Positions 55,802 through 64,000 of a DNA stretch of 64,000 nt are shown here, in pieces. The stretch is from an uncultured Chloroflexia bacterium (GTDB lineage: Bacteria > Chloroflexota > Anaerolineae > Anaerolineales > E44-bin32), in the NCBI GenBank assembly GCA_963783335.1, contig CAWAND010000008.1, forward strand, positions 23,841 to 87,840, read 5' to 3'. The position numbers were made by a program, and so were the translations under genes. The stretch's first letter is position 1, and each line of letters starts with the position of its first letter. Below the pieces are notes generated by a model. That model had not been told where the DNA came from. It was given only the letters and a program-made list of their open reading frames with translations, and ran no database searches.

Positions 55802-56899
55802 CTAGCGCCGGCGCAGGAAGGCGGGAATGTCCAAATCATTGACATCGAAGGTTTGCGGCTGGAAGGCTTCCACCTCGACGCTTTCTTCAGCACCCTTGTT
55901 GGCCTCCAAGCGCGCCACGGTTCGGCGAGAGGAAGGTCGGCGGATGTTCGAGCCCTCGAAGCCCGTAGCGATCACCGTCACTCGAAGCTCATCGCCCAAG
56001 CTCGGGTCGACCACGGCGCCGAAGATCAGGTTGACATCCGGGTGCGCGGTTTCCTTGATGATGGCAGCCGCCTGGTTGACCTCGAACAGGCTCAGGTCCG
56101 CCCCACCGGTGACATTGAACAGGATCCCGCGCGCGCCATCGATGGTGATGTCCAGCAGCTGGCTCGAGATCGCCATTTCCGCTGCCGCTCGGGCGCGATC
56201 TTCGCCGGTGGCGCGACCGACGGCCATCAGGGCCGCCCCGCCCTCCGACATAATCGTCCGCACATCGGCAAAGTCCAGGTTGATCAGGCCGGGCACTGTG
56301 ATCAACTCACTGATGCCCTGGATCCCCTGACGCAGCACATCGTCGGCCATCTTGAACGAGTCCTGCAGGCTGGCGCGTTTGTCCGCGACCTGCAGCAGGC
56401 GATCGTTGGGGATCACGATCAATGTGTCCACGACTTCCTTCAGCCGGCCGATGCCCTGCTCGGCAGATTTCGCCCGCTTGACACCCTCGAAGGTGAAGGG
56501 GCGAGTGACCACACCGATCGTCAAGGCGCCGACCTCCTTGGCCACCTGGGCGATAACCGGGGCCGCGCCGGTGCCGGTGCCGCCACCGATGCCGGCGGCG
56601 ATGAACACCATGTCGGTCCCTTTCAGCACCTCGTACAGCTCTTCCGCCGACTCTTCGGCGGCCTTCTGCCCCACTTCAGGGTTGCCGCCCGCGCCCAAAC
56701 CCCGGGTCAGCTTGTCGCCGATACGGACCCGCATCGGCGCGTCCGAAAGCACCAGGGCCTGGGCGTCGGTATTGACGGCCACGAATTCAATACCCGCCAG
56801 GCCTTCTTCGATCATGCGGTTGACGGCGTTGCTCCCGCCGCCTCCGACCCCCACGACCTTTATTCGAGCGAACGATTTCATATTAGGTTGCGGATGCAT
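55802..56899 (-). CDS. ftsZ: Cell division GTPase FtsZ
   Basis: [20 protein letters not shown] and [10 protein letters not shown] tubulin signature. Confidence 0.97.
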   Translation of the reverse strand: MHPQPNMKSFARIKVVGVGGGGSNAVNRMIEEGLAGIEFVAVNTDAQALVLSDAPMRVRIGDKLTRGLGAGGNPEVGQKAAEESAEELYEVLKGTDMVFIAAGIGGGTGTGAAPVIAQVAKEVGALTIGVVTRPFTFEGVKRAKSAEQGIGRLKEVVDTLIVIPNDRLLQVADKRASLQDSFKMADDVLRQGIQGISELITVPGLINLDFADVRTIMSEGGAALMAVGRATGEDRARAAAEMAISSQLLDITIDGARGILFNVTGGADLSLFEVNQAAAIIKETAHPDVNLIFGAVVDPSLGDELRVTVIATGFEGSNIRRPSSRRTVARLEANKGAEESVEVEAFQPQTFDVNDLDIPAFLRRR

Positions 56900-56957
56900 A
56901 GCGTTCCTCCTCTTTGATGTTTGCCGGGCCCGTCTTCCATGCGGGACCGGCCTTGCA

Positions 56958-58214
56958 CTAACCAGGCAATAATCGCTTGAGAAAATCAGCCGCTCGAGCC
57001 AGGTCCCATTTCGCCAGGCTCAACGGGCTGTAACCTCGCCCATCCAACATGAACTGTTCCTGCTGCAGCTTGGCCCAATGGAGCAGGCCCAGACTGGCGC
57101 TGTAGGCCGGGGAGTGCAGCTGGTCCACCAGCCCCCGCAGGTCATCGGGCCCCGACTGACGAACCGGAAGCCGAAGCACGTCCGAGGCGACTTGACGGAT
57201 CCCCGGCAGCTGGCTCGTGCCTCCCGTAAGCACCACCCCTGCAGGAAGTAGGCCATCGTAGCCCGATCGCTTGATCTCTTGTCGAACCAACCCGAAGAGC
57301 TCCTCGACACGCGGCTCAAGGATGGTGGCCAGATCGTCCTGCCGGATCTGTACGGCTTCACCTTGGCCAAACGGCCGCACGGCGAAAGCCTGGTCGCCTT
57401 CAGCCATGGCCTTGGCGGCCAAGCCATGACGGCGCTTCACCGATTCGGCCGTCTCCGCCGGAAGGTGTAAGCCCTGAGCGATGTCATTCGTCAGGTGGTC
57501 GCCGCCGACCGGAATCACAGCTGTATGCCAGACGGAGCCTTCAATGTAGATCGCCAGGTCGCAGGTGCCGCCGCCGATATCACACACCACAACGCCCATC
57601 TCGCGCTCTGTCTCTGTCAGCACCGTCTCGCCAGCGGCCAGCGAGCTGAGCACCCATCCGTCAACGGTCAAACCTGCGGCCTCGATACATTTCTCCATGT
57701 TCCGCAGGGCCGTTGCACTGTCGGTCACGATGTGGGCTTCGACTTCCAAACGGTAACCGTGCATGCCCAGGGCGGATTTGATTCCGTCCTGCCCATCAAC
57801 CACAAACCCGCGCGGAATGACGTGGACGATTTCGCGGTTGTAAGGCACAGCGATCGAACGAGCAGCTTCCAAGGCTCTCGCCACATCGTCGAAACCGATG
57901 GTCCGGCCTGAGACGCCGGCCATTCCCTTGCTGTTCATGGAGTTGACCTGCTGCCCGGACAGGCTGATCAAAGCGGAGCTGATTTCGTAGCCGGACGTGC
58001 GCTCGGCCTTGTCCTTGGCGGTCTCGATCGCCCGCGCCAGGGCTTCCAGGCTGACCACCCCGCCCTTGCGCATCCCGGCCGACGGCACCAACCCAAGCCC
58101 AATCACGCGCACCCGGTTCTCCGGGTCGAGGTGACCTACCAGCGCCGTGATCTTGCTGGTTCCAATATCCAGCCCTACAAAGATCGGTTCGTCCTGTCCG
58201 ATAAGTGCCGTCAC
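56958..58214 (-). CDS. ftsA: Cell division protein FtsA
   Basis: Actin-like ATPase with [10 protein letters not shown] and DIGGGTCD. Located between ftsQ and ftsZ. Confidence 0.95.
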   Translation of the reverse strand: MTALIGQDEPIFVGLDIGTSKITALVGHLDPENRVRVIGLGLVPSAGMRKGGVVSLEALARAIETAKDKAERTSGYEISSALISLSGQQVNSMNSKGMAGVSGRTIGFDDVARALEAARSIAVPYNREIVHVIPRGFVVDGQDGIKSALGMHGYRLEVEAHIVTDSATALRNMEKCIEAAGLTVDGWVLSSLAAGETVLTETEREMGVVVCDIGGGTCDLAIYIEGSVWHTAVIPVGGDHLTNDIAQGLHLPAETAESVKRRHGLAAKAMAEGDQAFAVRPFGQGEAVQIRQDDLATILEPRVEELFGLVRQEIKRSGYDGLLPAGVVLTGGTSQLPGIRQVASDVLRLPVRQSGPDDLRGLVDQLHSPAYSASLGLLHWAKLQQEQFMLDGRGYSPLSLAKWDLARAADFLKRLLPG

Positions 58215-58224
58215 AAGTCTGTCC

Positions 58225-59130
58225 TCACTGCCTGTAGTACGGCGTGCTTGGGTCTTTCACGCTCACCATGTTGGCCTGGATACCCTGGTCAGCCAGTTGG
58301 GCCGCCAGGGCTTTGTACAGCCTCAATTTCATGAGCATGTCGCCGTCGACCCCAAAGTAGGCCGTCCATCCCTTGGGATCGTCAAACCCCAATCCGTAGA
58401 CCGGGTCATAGCGCAGGGTGGTCCCTTTTGGCAGCTGCGCGCTGAGCACACTGGCCGCCACCAGAATCTTGTCCGGGATGACCTTGGCCAACGGGTCGTC
58501 GCCGATATTCAGAACGGGCTGATCGCTGACCACCTTAATCAGATCGGGCCATTGGCCATGATCCAGGAACGCCACACCCTCTGAACTGATCCACCAGCGC
58601 CGGCCATTGTCGTCCCAGGCGACCACCGGAGTGCGTTCGGTGACATCGATCTCAACCTTGTTGGGCCATTTGACTTTGACCCGCACATTCGCAACTTCAG
58701 CGATGGATGAAAAGCGAGCCACCGCCGCACCTGGATCCACCGAAAACACCGATTCCCGATCCACACGCGCAATCGAGCGTACCTGGTCAGCTGTCAGCAT
58801 TTGGGCGCCCACCACATCGGCGTCGGCCACATAGAACGCGCTTGCCCCTTTGACCGCCATGAGTCCGTAGGCCACCAGACACAGCAGCACAAATGAGATC
58901 AGCCTCGGCCCTGTGTGCACGTTGGGGATCGAAGGCAGACGGATCTCGGCTCCCAATTCAGACGGGATCGCCAGGTCCAGCCGCCGTCGAGGCCGATGTG
59001 CGCGCCGGGAGGTCTTGGGCTTTGACTTGCCAGCCAGGGGCTCGAGCTTGCGTCGTTGGCTCGCCCGGCGTGCCCGTACTTGCTCGGCACGCGTCGTTGG
59101 CCCACCCAGGACCCGCTCGGAAACCGTCAC
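58225..59130 (-). CDS. ftsQ: Cell division protein FtsQ/DivIB (basic N-tail, TM helix, POTRA)
   Basis: Position in the dcw cluster. One TM helix (LISFVLLCLVAYGLMAV), followed by POTRA-like VVGAQMLTADQVRSIA. Confidence 0.8.
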   Translation of the reverse strand: MTVSERVLGGPTTRAEQVRARRASQRRKLEPLAGKSKPKTSRRAHRPRRRLDLAIPSELGAEIRLPSIPNVHTGPRLISFVLLCLVAYGLMAVKGASAFYVADADVVGAQMLTADQVRSIARVDRESVFSVDPGAAVARFSSIAEVANVRVKVKWPNKVEIDVTERTPVVAWDDNGRRWWISSEGVAFLDHGQWPDLIKVVSDQPVLNIGDDPLAKVIPDKILVAASVLSAQLPKGTTLRYDPVYGLGFDDPKGWTAYFGVDGDMLMKLRLYKALAAQLADQGIQANMVSVKDPSTPYYRQ

Positions 59131-60236
59131 GCGTCACCCCCGTAGGTTCTCACAAGGCGATCTCTCTGCGCCTTCCGAGCCAAACCGAGCACAACCAGCC
59201 GATCGCACAGGTCGGGAAAAGGCAGTCCGGAGGCCTCCCAAAGCTTGGGGTACATGCTGATCTGGGTGAATCCTGGAATGGTGTTGATTTCGTTCAGATA
59301 CAACCTTCCCGTTGTCTTCTCGAGCAGGAAGTCCACCCGCGCCATTCCGGCGCCGTCGATGGCGCGGAAGGCGCGCCCTGCGATATCGCGCACTTCTTCC
59401 ATCGTCACGTCGTCGATCGGGGCAGGGATCTTGAGCTCCGAGTCGTCATCCAGGTATTTCGCCCGGTATGAATAGAATTCGTCTCCCGGCACAATCTCAC
59501 CAGCAATCGAGACCTCCGGCGATTCGTTGCCCAGGACGCTGACTTCGATCTCGCGCGCTTCGATACCGCGTTCCACGATCACCCGACGGTCGTACTGTGC
59601 GGCTTCCATGAGACCTTCCACCAAATCAGACCGTCCGCTTACCTTGTTCACACCGACGGAGGAGCCCAAATTTGCCGGCTTGGTGAACAGCGGATATCCC
59701 CCCAGGCCCTCAACTTCATTCAGCGCACGCTCCACATCGGAAATGATCACATCCGAGTCCAGGGCAACAAACTCAATCTGCGGGATGTTGTGCGCCCGCA
59801 TCAGGGACTTGAAAAGGACCTTATCCATCGCAACCGCCGAGGCCAGGACGCCAGCGCCGACGTATGCCACGTCGGCCAGTTCCAACAGGCCCTGCAATGT
59901 GCCATCTTCGCCAAAAGTCCCGTGCAGCATGGGGAAGATCACGTCCAGTTGAACGACTCGTTCCAGGGCCTGATCGGCCTGCCTGCGATACAGCCAACCA
60001 CCGGCCGGCTCGGGCAGCAATACCACGGGGTCCAGGCCCCCCAGATCGGCCGATTCGAAGGCATCCAATGCCCCGTCCCCGGCGAACCAGCGGCCAGCGT
60101 GATCGATGCCGATCAACACCACGTCGTACCTGTCGCTGTCCAGCGACGCTATCACGGAACGGGCTGACATCAACGAGACTTCGTGCTCGCCCGAGCGGCC
60201 GCCGAAGAGGAGCCCCAACCTGAGCTTCTCGCTCAT
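59127..60236 (-). CDS. ddl: D-alanine--D-alanine ligase
   Basis: LGLLFGGRSGEHEVS, FPMLHGTFGEDGTLQGLLE and EINTIPGFT motifs. Confidence 0.95.
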   Translation of the reverse strand: MSEKLRLGLLFGGRSGEHEVSLMSARSVIASLDSDRYDVVLIGIDHAGRWFAGDGALDAFESADLGGLDPVVLLPEPAGGWLYRRQADQALERVVQLDVIFPMLHGTFGEDGTLQGLLELADVAYVGAGVLASAVAMDKVLFKSLMRAHNIPQIEFVALDSDVIISDVERALNEVEGLGGYPLFTKPANLGSSVGVNKVSGRSDLVEGLMEAAQYDRRVIVERGIEAREIEVSVLGNESPEVSIAGEIVPGDEFYSYRAKYLDDDSELKIPAPIDDVTMEEVRDIAGRAFRAIDGAGMARVDFLLEKTTGRLYLNEINTIPGFTQISMYPKLWEASGLPFPDLCDRLVVLGLARKAQRDRLVRTYGGDA

Positions 60237-61211
60237 GCTTGTGCCGCCTCTCTCGAACCTGTCGTTCGCTCGGAATCTTCCCAGTCACCAACTCGCTCGA
60301 TCTCCATCTGCAGACGGACGTCAAATGCCTCTTCGACGCGTCGCTGGGCTGTTTGCAGCAGCCGCCAAACGTCTTCCGCGGTCGCCTGGCCGTGGTTGAT
60401 AAAGAAGTTGGCGTGTTGATGGCTGATCTCAGCATCCCCTTCTCGCAGCCCTTTCAAACCTGCCGCCTCGATAAGTCTCCCGGCGAAATCCTTGGGCGGG
60501 TTCTTGAACATCGAACCCCAGCTTGCGCCGCCTGGCTGAGTTGTCTTTCGGTGGTCCACGAAGGTTTGCATCTTGCCCCGGGTGGATTCCACCGACAATT
60601 CCATCAGATTGAATGTGGCCGAAAGGACCACTGCCTGGCCGGGATGACGCTTGAGCCAGCTGATCCGGTAGCCATAGTCCAGGTCTTCAACCGGCCATTC
60701 GGCCCTGCCCTTGTCACGTTGCAAGATTTCGGCCAGCTCCAGTGTTCCAGCCGTATCGCCGCCATGGGCGCCTGCATTGCCGAAGACCGCCCCGCCGACG
60801 GTTCCCGGCACAGTTGTCGCCCACTCGAGCCCAGCCCAACCGCGATCGACCGTCCGGCGCGCCAGGCTCCCAAGGGAGGCCCCCAATTCAGCCCAGACTT
60901 TCGGCCGGGGCGAATCGTCGTGAAAATCGACCTTTCGGGCGTGATTCAGCACCACGACACCTCTCACACCACGGTCCGCCACCAGGATGTTCGAACCGCC
61001 TCCCAGCACGAAGGCCTGCGCCTCATGGGCCCAGAGGATTTCGAATACCCGCTGGAGCTCATCGGCGCGTTCGAACCTCCAACAGAAAGTCCGCCGGCCC
61101 GCCAATGCGGGACGATGTGAAGGGGGCCAGAGCCACGCCCTCTTGGAGACGATCCCCGAAGTCCCGCCGGAGCTCCTGCAGGGCCTCGAGGCTGATCACC
61201 GCCGATGTCAC
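60233..61211 (-). pseudogene. murB: UDP-N-acetylenolpyruvoylglucosamine reductase MurB, frame broken near 61062-61075
   Basis: The N-terminal 46 codons from the GTG at 61211 (VTSAVISLEALQELRRDFGDRLQEGVALAPFTSSRIGGPADFLLEVR) are in one frame. ADELQRVFEILWAHEAQAFVLGGGSNILVADRG... (ORF 60233..61105) is in the +1 frame. The 979-nt span is 3n+1. Confidence 0.85.
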
Positions 61212-61342
61212 AATTTGCGCACCTTGGCAATCAAGCGAGTCACCAATTCCTTGGGAGGCTGCTGGCCGTTCAAGATCAGATTCGAACCTGATCCACCGGC
61301 GTCGGCAACCTGCTTCAGGGCCAGCCTCAACCTGAGTTCCAT
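61208..61342 (-). CDS. Possible 44-aa small ORF between murC and murB
   Basis: ATG at 61342 gives MELRLRLALKQVADAGGSGSNLILNGQQPPKELVTRLIAKVRKL. Its TGA overlaps the murB GTG (GTGA). No strong RBS and no recognisable family. Confidence 0.25.
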   Translation of the reverse strand: MELRLRLALKQVADAGGSGSNLILNGQQPPKELVTRLIAKVRKL

Positions 61343-61385
61343 CTTTCGATCGCTTTCAAACAGATGTTTTGTTTGCTTCGCCACT

Positions 61386-62747
61386 TCAGCTCTCTCCCTT
61401 CTTGCTCAAGCCCTCCAGCAAGAGCTCACCCACTTTGTTGCCATCACCTGCCGACAGGGTCACAACCACGTCGCCGGCGGAAACTTCGCCAAGGAGAATG
61501 TCAGCCGCCTCATCCAGCGATCCGGTGGCCCGGGCTTTTTCGCCAGCGATACGGGAGGCCACCATTTCGGAGTCAACTCCTAGGTCATCTGTCTCGCGGG
61601 ACGGATAGATCGGCGTCACCAACACCTGGTCTGCGTCCTCGAACGCATCACCCCAACTGTCCAGAAATGCCAGTGTGCGGGTGAACGTGTGGGGTTGAAA
61701 CACCGCCCAGATTCGCGCCTCTGGGAACCGAGTTCTGAGCGCTGACAGACTGGCGGCGATCTCGGTTGGATGATGAGCGTAGTCATCGACTACGGTCACC
61801 CCACCCACCTCACCTCTCGTCTCCAAGCGGCGGGCAGCGCCGTGGAACTCTGTCAGCGATTGGCGCGCTTCGGAAAAAGTCACCCCAACGTGATCGACCG
61901 CCGCCAGAGCTGCCAACGCGTTCAGCACGTTGTGCCGGCCTGGGAGCCGGATGCGCGCCAGTCCGAGCACCTCACCCTCGTGAAGAACCAGAAAATCAGA
62001 GCCGCCCGCCTGATTGGGCCGGATCTCATCCGCTCGCCACTCGGCGTCTGGAGAAAGGCCGTAGCTGACCCGGCCGCGGCCGGGCACGTCCAGCGCCGAC
62101 GCCCCAGGGTCATCGGCACAGTAGATCAGCAGATCCTGGATCTGGTCAGCGAAGGACTGGAAGGCCTTTTGGACATCGGCTGCCTGGGCGAATTGGTCCG
62201 GATGATCATGTTCGACGTTGGTCACAATGCCAACTTGGGGAAATATGCCCAGAAAGGCCATGCCGTACTCATCGGCTTCGACGACGAAATGCGGCCCAGT
62301 GCCTGCCCGGGCGTTGGCCTTGAAATCCACCAGGTCCGCGCCGACGATGAATGTGGGAGCAGCGCCGGCCCGCTCAAGCAGCCAGGTTATCAACCCGCTG
62401 GTCGTCGTTTTTCCATGTGTGCCCGCCACAGCCAATATCTCGTAACCCTTGGTGAGTTCACCCCAAAAATCATCTCGATGCAGGATGGGGATGCCCAGCG
62501 AACGCGCTTCAACCAATTCCACGTCGTCGGCTGGCACGGCGGCTGAGGCCAGCACGACCTCGGCGCCGCGGAGAGCCAGGGGGTTGTGTCCGTAGGTGAT
62601 GTTCACACCGGCCCGCTCAAGTGCCTCGGCGTAGCGCGTCCTGGCACGGTCTGAGCCCGTAACCATGACACCCCGCTCGTGTAAGACTCTGGCGATTGCG
62701 GACATTCCAACACCTCCAATCCCAACCAAGTGCACGTGCTTCTTCAT
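61386..62747 (-). CDS. murC: UDP-N-acetylmuramate--L-alanine ligase
   Basis: MKKHVHLVGIGGVGMSAIARVL and GTHGKTTTSGL. The ATG overlaps the upstream stop (ATGA). The longer ORF reaching 62927 is an upstream open frame. Confidence 0.95.
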   Translation of the reverse strand: MKKHVHLVGIGGVGMSAIARVLHERGVMVTGSDRARTRYAEALERAGVNITYGHNPLALRGAEVVLASAAVPADDVELVEARSLGIPILHRDDFWGELTKGYEILAVAGTHGKTTTSGLITWLLERAGAAPTFIVGADLVDFKANARAGTGPHFVVEADEYGMAFLGIFPQVGIVTNVEHDHPDQFAQAADVQKAFQSFADQIQDLLIYCADDPGASALDVPGRGRVSYGLSPDAEWRADEIRPNQAGGSDFLVLHEGEVLGLARIRLPGRHNVLNALAALAAVDHVGVTFSEARQSLTEFHGAARRLETRGEVGGVTVVDDYAHHPTEIAASLSALRTRFPEARIWAVFQPHTFTRTLAFLDSWGDAFEDADQVLVTPIYPSRETDDLGVDSEMVASRIAGEKARATGSLDEAADILLGEVSAGDVVVTLSAGDGNKVGELLLEGLSKKGES

Positions 62748-63277
62748 ACGAATACGACGATGATGAAGACAAACACCACGCCCACAGCGAAATAGATGTG
62801 GGGGATGGGCAATGCCGCCGGCGGCAGATACTGGACCAGGTTGTTGATCGTCTGCTCCACGTTGGGTACGGGCGGCGGCCAGACGACCAGATCGGTCGGA
62901 TAACCCGCCTGGTGCAGGTAGTACCAAAGCGAACCCACGATCAGGTATCCGTTCAGCGCTCCCAAGAACATCCCCAACAAGAGTTCTTCGAGCCGTTCGC
63001 GGGCCACTTTGGGTTCAAGCGCCCGGATGTGTGGTGTCTGATAGCCAAAGAACGCCAGCAGAATCAGCAGGCTGCCGCGGATGAGAAACTGCGTCTGGCC
63101 CGGCTGAAGGAACAACGCCGTGCGATAGGGCGAGATGTAGGTCTCCAGAATGGCGTTCAAGAACAAGCCCAGCACGACAGCGCTGGTCACCAATAGTTCC
63201 TTGGCCCAGCCACGCATGGCGCCGATCACACCAAACAGCACCACAAACATGCCGAAGAGGACGACCAGGCTGATCAC
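62744..63277 (-). CDS. CvpA-family membrane protein
   Basis: 177 aa, 4-5 TM helices. The N-terminus ...GAMRGWAKELL resembles the CvpA signature. Confidence 0.55.
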   Translation of the reverse strand: MISLVVLFGMFVVLFGVIGAMRGWAKELLVTSAVVLGLFLNAILETYISPYRTALFLQPGQTQFLIRGSLLILLAFFGYQTPHIRALEPKVARERLEELLLGMFLGALNGYLIVGSLWYYLHQAGYPTDLVVWPPPVPNVEQTINNLVQYLPPAALPIPHIYFAVGVVFVFIIVVFV

Positions 63278-64000
63278 TCGGCCCTCGCCTCTCTCTGCCC
63301 TACGGCAAGAATCTCATCTGCGATGGCATGCGGCGCGTTCGGTTTGGCCAATGCTCGGGCCGCGTCGGACATGGCGGCCAGACTCTCCTGGTCATCCAAG
63401 AGCTCAACCAGGGCTGGCCACAGCCCCTGGTTCAATTCCTCATCCGCCAACTGGATGGCGGCCCCCCGATCAACCAGGTACTGCGCATTGACCTTCTGAT
63501 AACGCCAGGCGTGCGGATAAGGCACCAGGATGGCCGGAAGGCCAAAGACCGGGTACTCACCCAATGCAGACGCGCCAGCCCGCGACACCACCATGTCGGC
63601 CGAAACCAGGGCGGCCGCCATTTCATCGTGCAGGTACGGGTAGGGGTGGTAGTCGGCCAGATGACCCGGCGACAGCTTTTTCTGCTCACGGGCCACCTGG
63701 GGCCATTCGCCTTCTCCCGTCAGGTGGATGACCTGCGCCCGGCCCAAGAGGCCCGGGAGAATCCGCCACAAGGCCCGGTTGATCGAGCGCGCACCGCGGC
63801 TGCCGCCTTGGACCAGCACCACCGGACGGTCCAAGGAGAGGCCCAACCCGCGGCGCCCTTCTTCGCGGGTTAGGCCTCCGAAGCTCCGGCGAGTTGGATA
63901 CCCGGTAATCCGAACCCGTTCGGAGCTCCCGTAGTAGGCAACCGAGTCCTCGGTCGACACACAGACCCTGTCGGCCGTGCGGCTGATCAATCTTGATGCC
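63274..64000 (-). CDS. murG: MurG glycosyltransferase, C-terminal part (gene continues beyond window end)
   Basis: VLVQGGSRGARSIN ... ADMVVSRAGASALGE ... PAILVPYPHA ... Q..NA motifs. Confidence 0.9.
   Translation of the reverse strand, partial: ASRLISRTADRVCVSTEDSVAYYGSSERVRITGYPTRRSFGGLTREEGRRGLGLSLDRPVVLVQGGSRGARSINRALWRILPGLLGRAQVIHLTGEGEWPQVAREQKKLSPGHLADYHPYPYLHDEMAAALVSADMVVSRAGASALGEYPVFGLPAILVPYPHAWRYQKVNAQYLVDRGAAIQLADEELNQGLWPALVELLDDQESLAAMSDAARALAKPNAPHAIADEILAVGQREARAE

Noticed and set aside
61274-61293. GGTTCGAAT-containing hairpin (GATCAG-GTTCGAAT-CTGATC on the minus strand) that resembles a tRNA T-arm
   Set aside because: The loop is 8 nt rather than 7. No acceptor stem, D-arm or anticodon arm can be drawn around it. 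It lies inside the murC-murB spacer ORF. No tRNA is called.
1-64000. CRISPR arrays, insertion sequences, prophage or integrative elements, toxin-antitoxin or restriction-modification genes
   Set aside because: I saw no repeat-spacer arrays, no transposase, integrase or recombinase-like ORFs, no flanking inverted or direct repeats, and no tRNA integration sites. The window reads as core chromosome.

Overview
High-GC bacterial chromosomal segment with about 70 protein-coding genes. I found no rRNA, tRNA, CRISPR array, transposase or integrase. Gene order, left to right: etfA/etfB plus an acyl-CoA dehydrogenase; a housekeeping block (mtaB, hxlR-like, yqeY-like, 7TM-HD PgpH-like, ybeY, dgkA); a large GAF/PAS histidine kinase; an endonuclease-IV-like/uracil-DNA-glycosylase pair; assorted DUF, DinB and lipoprotein genes. 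Then comes a ~12 kb block entirely on the minus strand that links periplasmic copper proteins (cupredoxin, thioredoxin-like lipoprotein, CopC, DUF4870), a USP-like gene, an OmpR-type two-component system, ctaB and a caa3-type cytochrome c oxidase cluster (ctaC-ctaD-ctaE-ctaG, a split subunit III, subunit IV). After that: a proline-racemase-family gene, GGDEF and PepF genes, arfB, a dtxR-feoB-feoA operon, DUF362, slyD, an SDR, nrdR-nrdJ, and a dcw cluster (ftsZ, ftsA, ftsQ, ddl, murB, murC, cvpA-like, murG). Two signals run across the whole window. (1) Eight intergenic copies of an 18-bp palindrome, TTGTGAA-N4-TTCACAA, four of them perfect. This matches the Rex redox-repressor operator, and its core also fits CRP-type TGTGA-N6-TCACA. 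The copies sit in front of etfBA, the cox operon, an SDR, nrdJ, DUF362, arfB and others. (2) Ten otherwise well-conserved genes have interrupted reading frames: eight apparent 1-nt insertions, one 1-nt deletion and one in-frame TAG. The affected genes include nrdJ, murB, ctaC and feoB, which points to assembly or sequencing indels rather than real gene decay. One of these shifts creates a spurious 1039-aa PepF-GGDEF fusion ORF. All functional calls come from reading the translated ORFs and recognising motifs. No database search was run.
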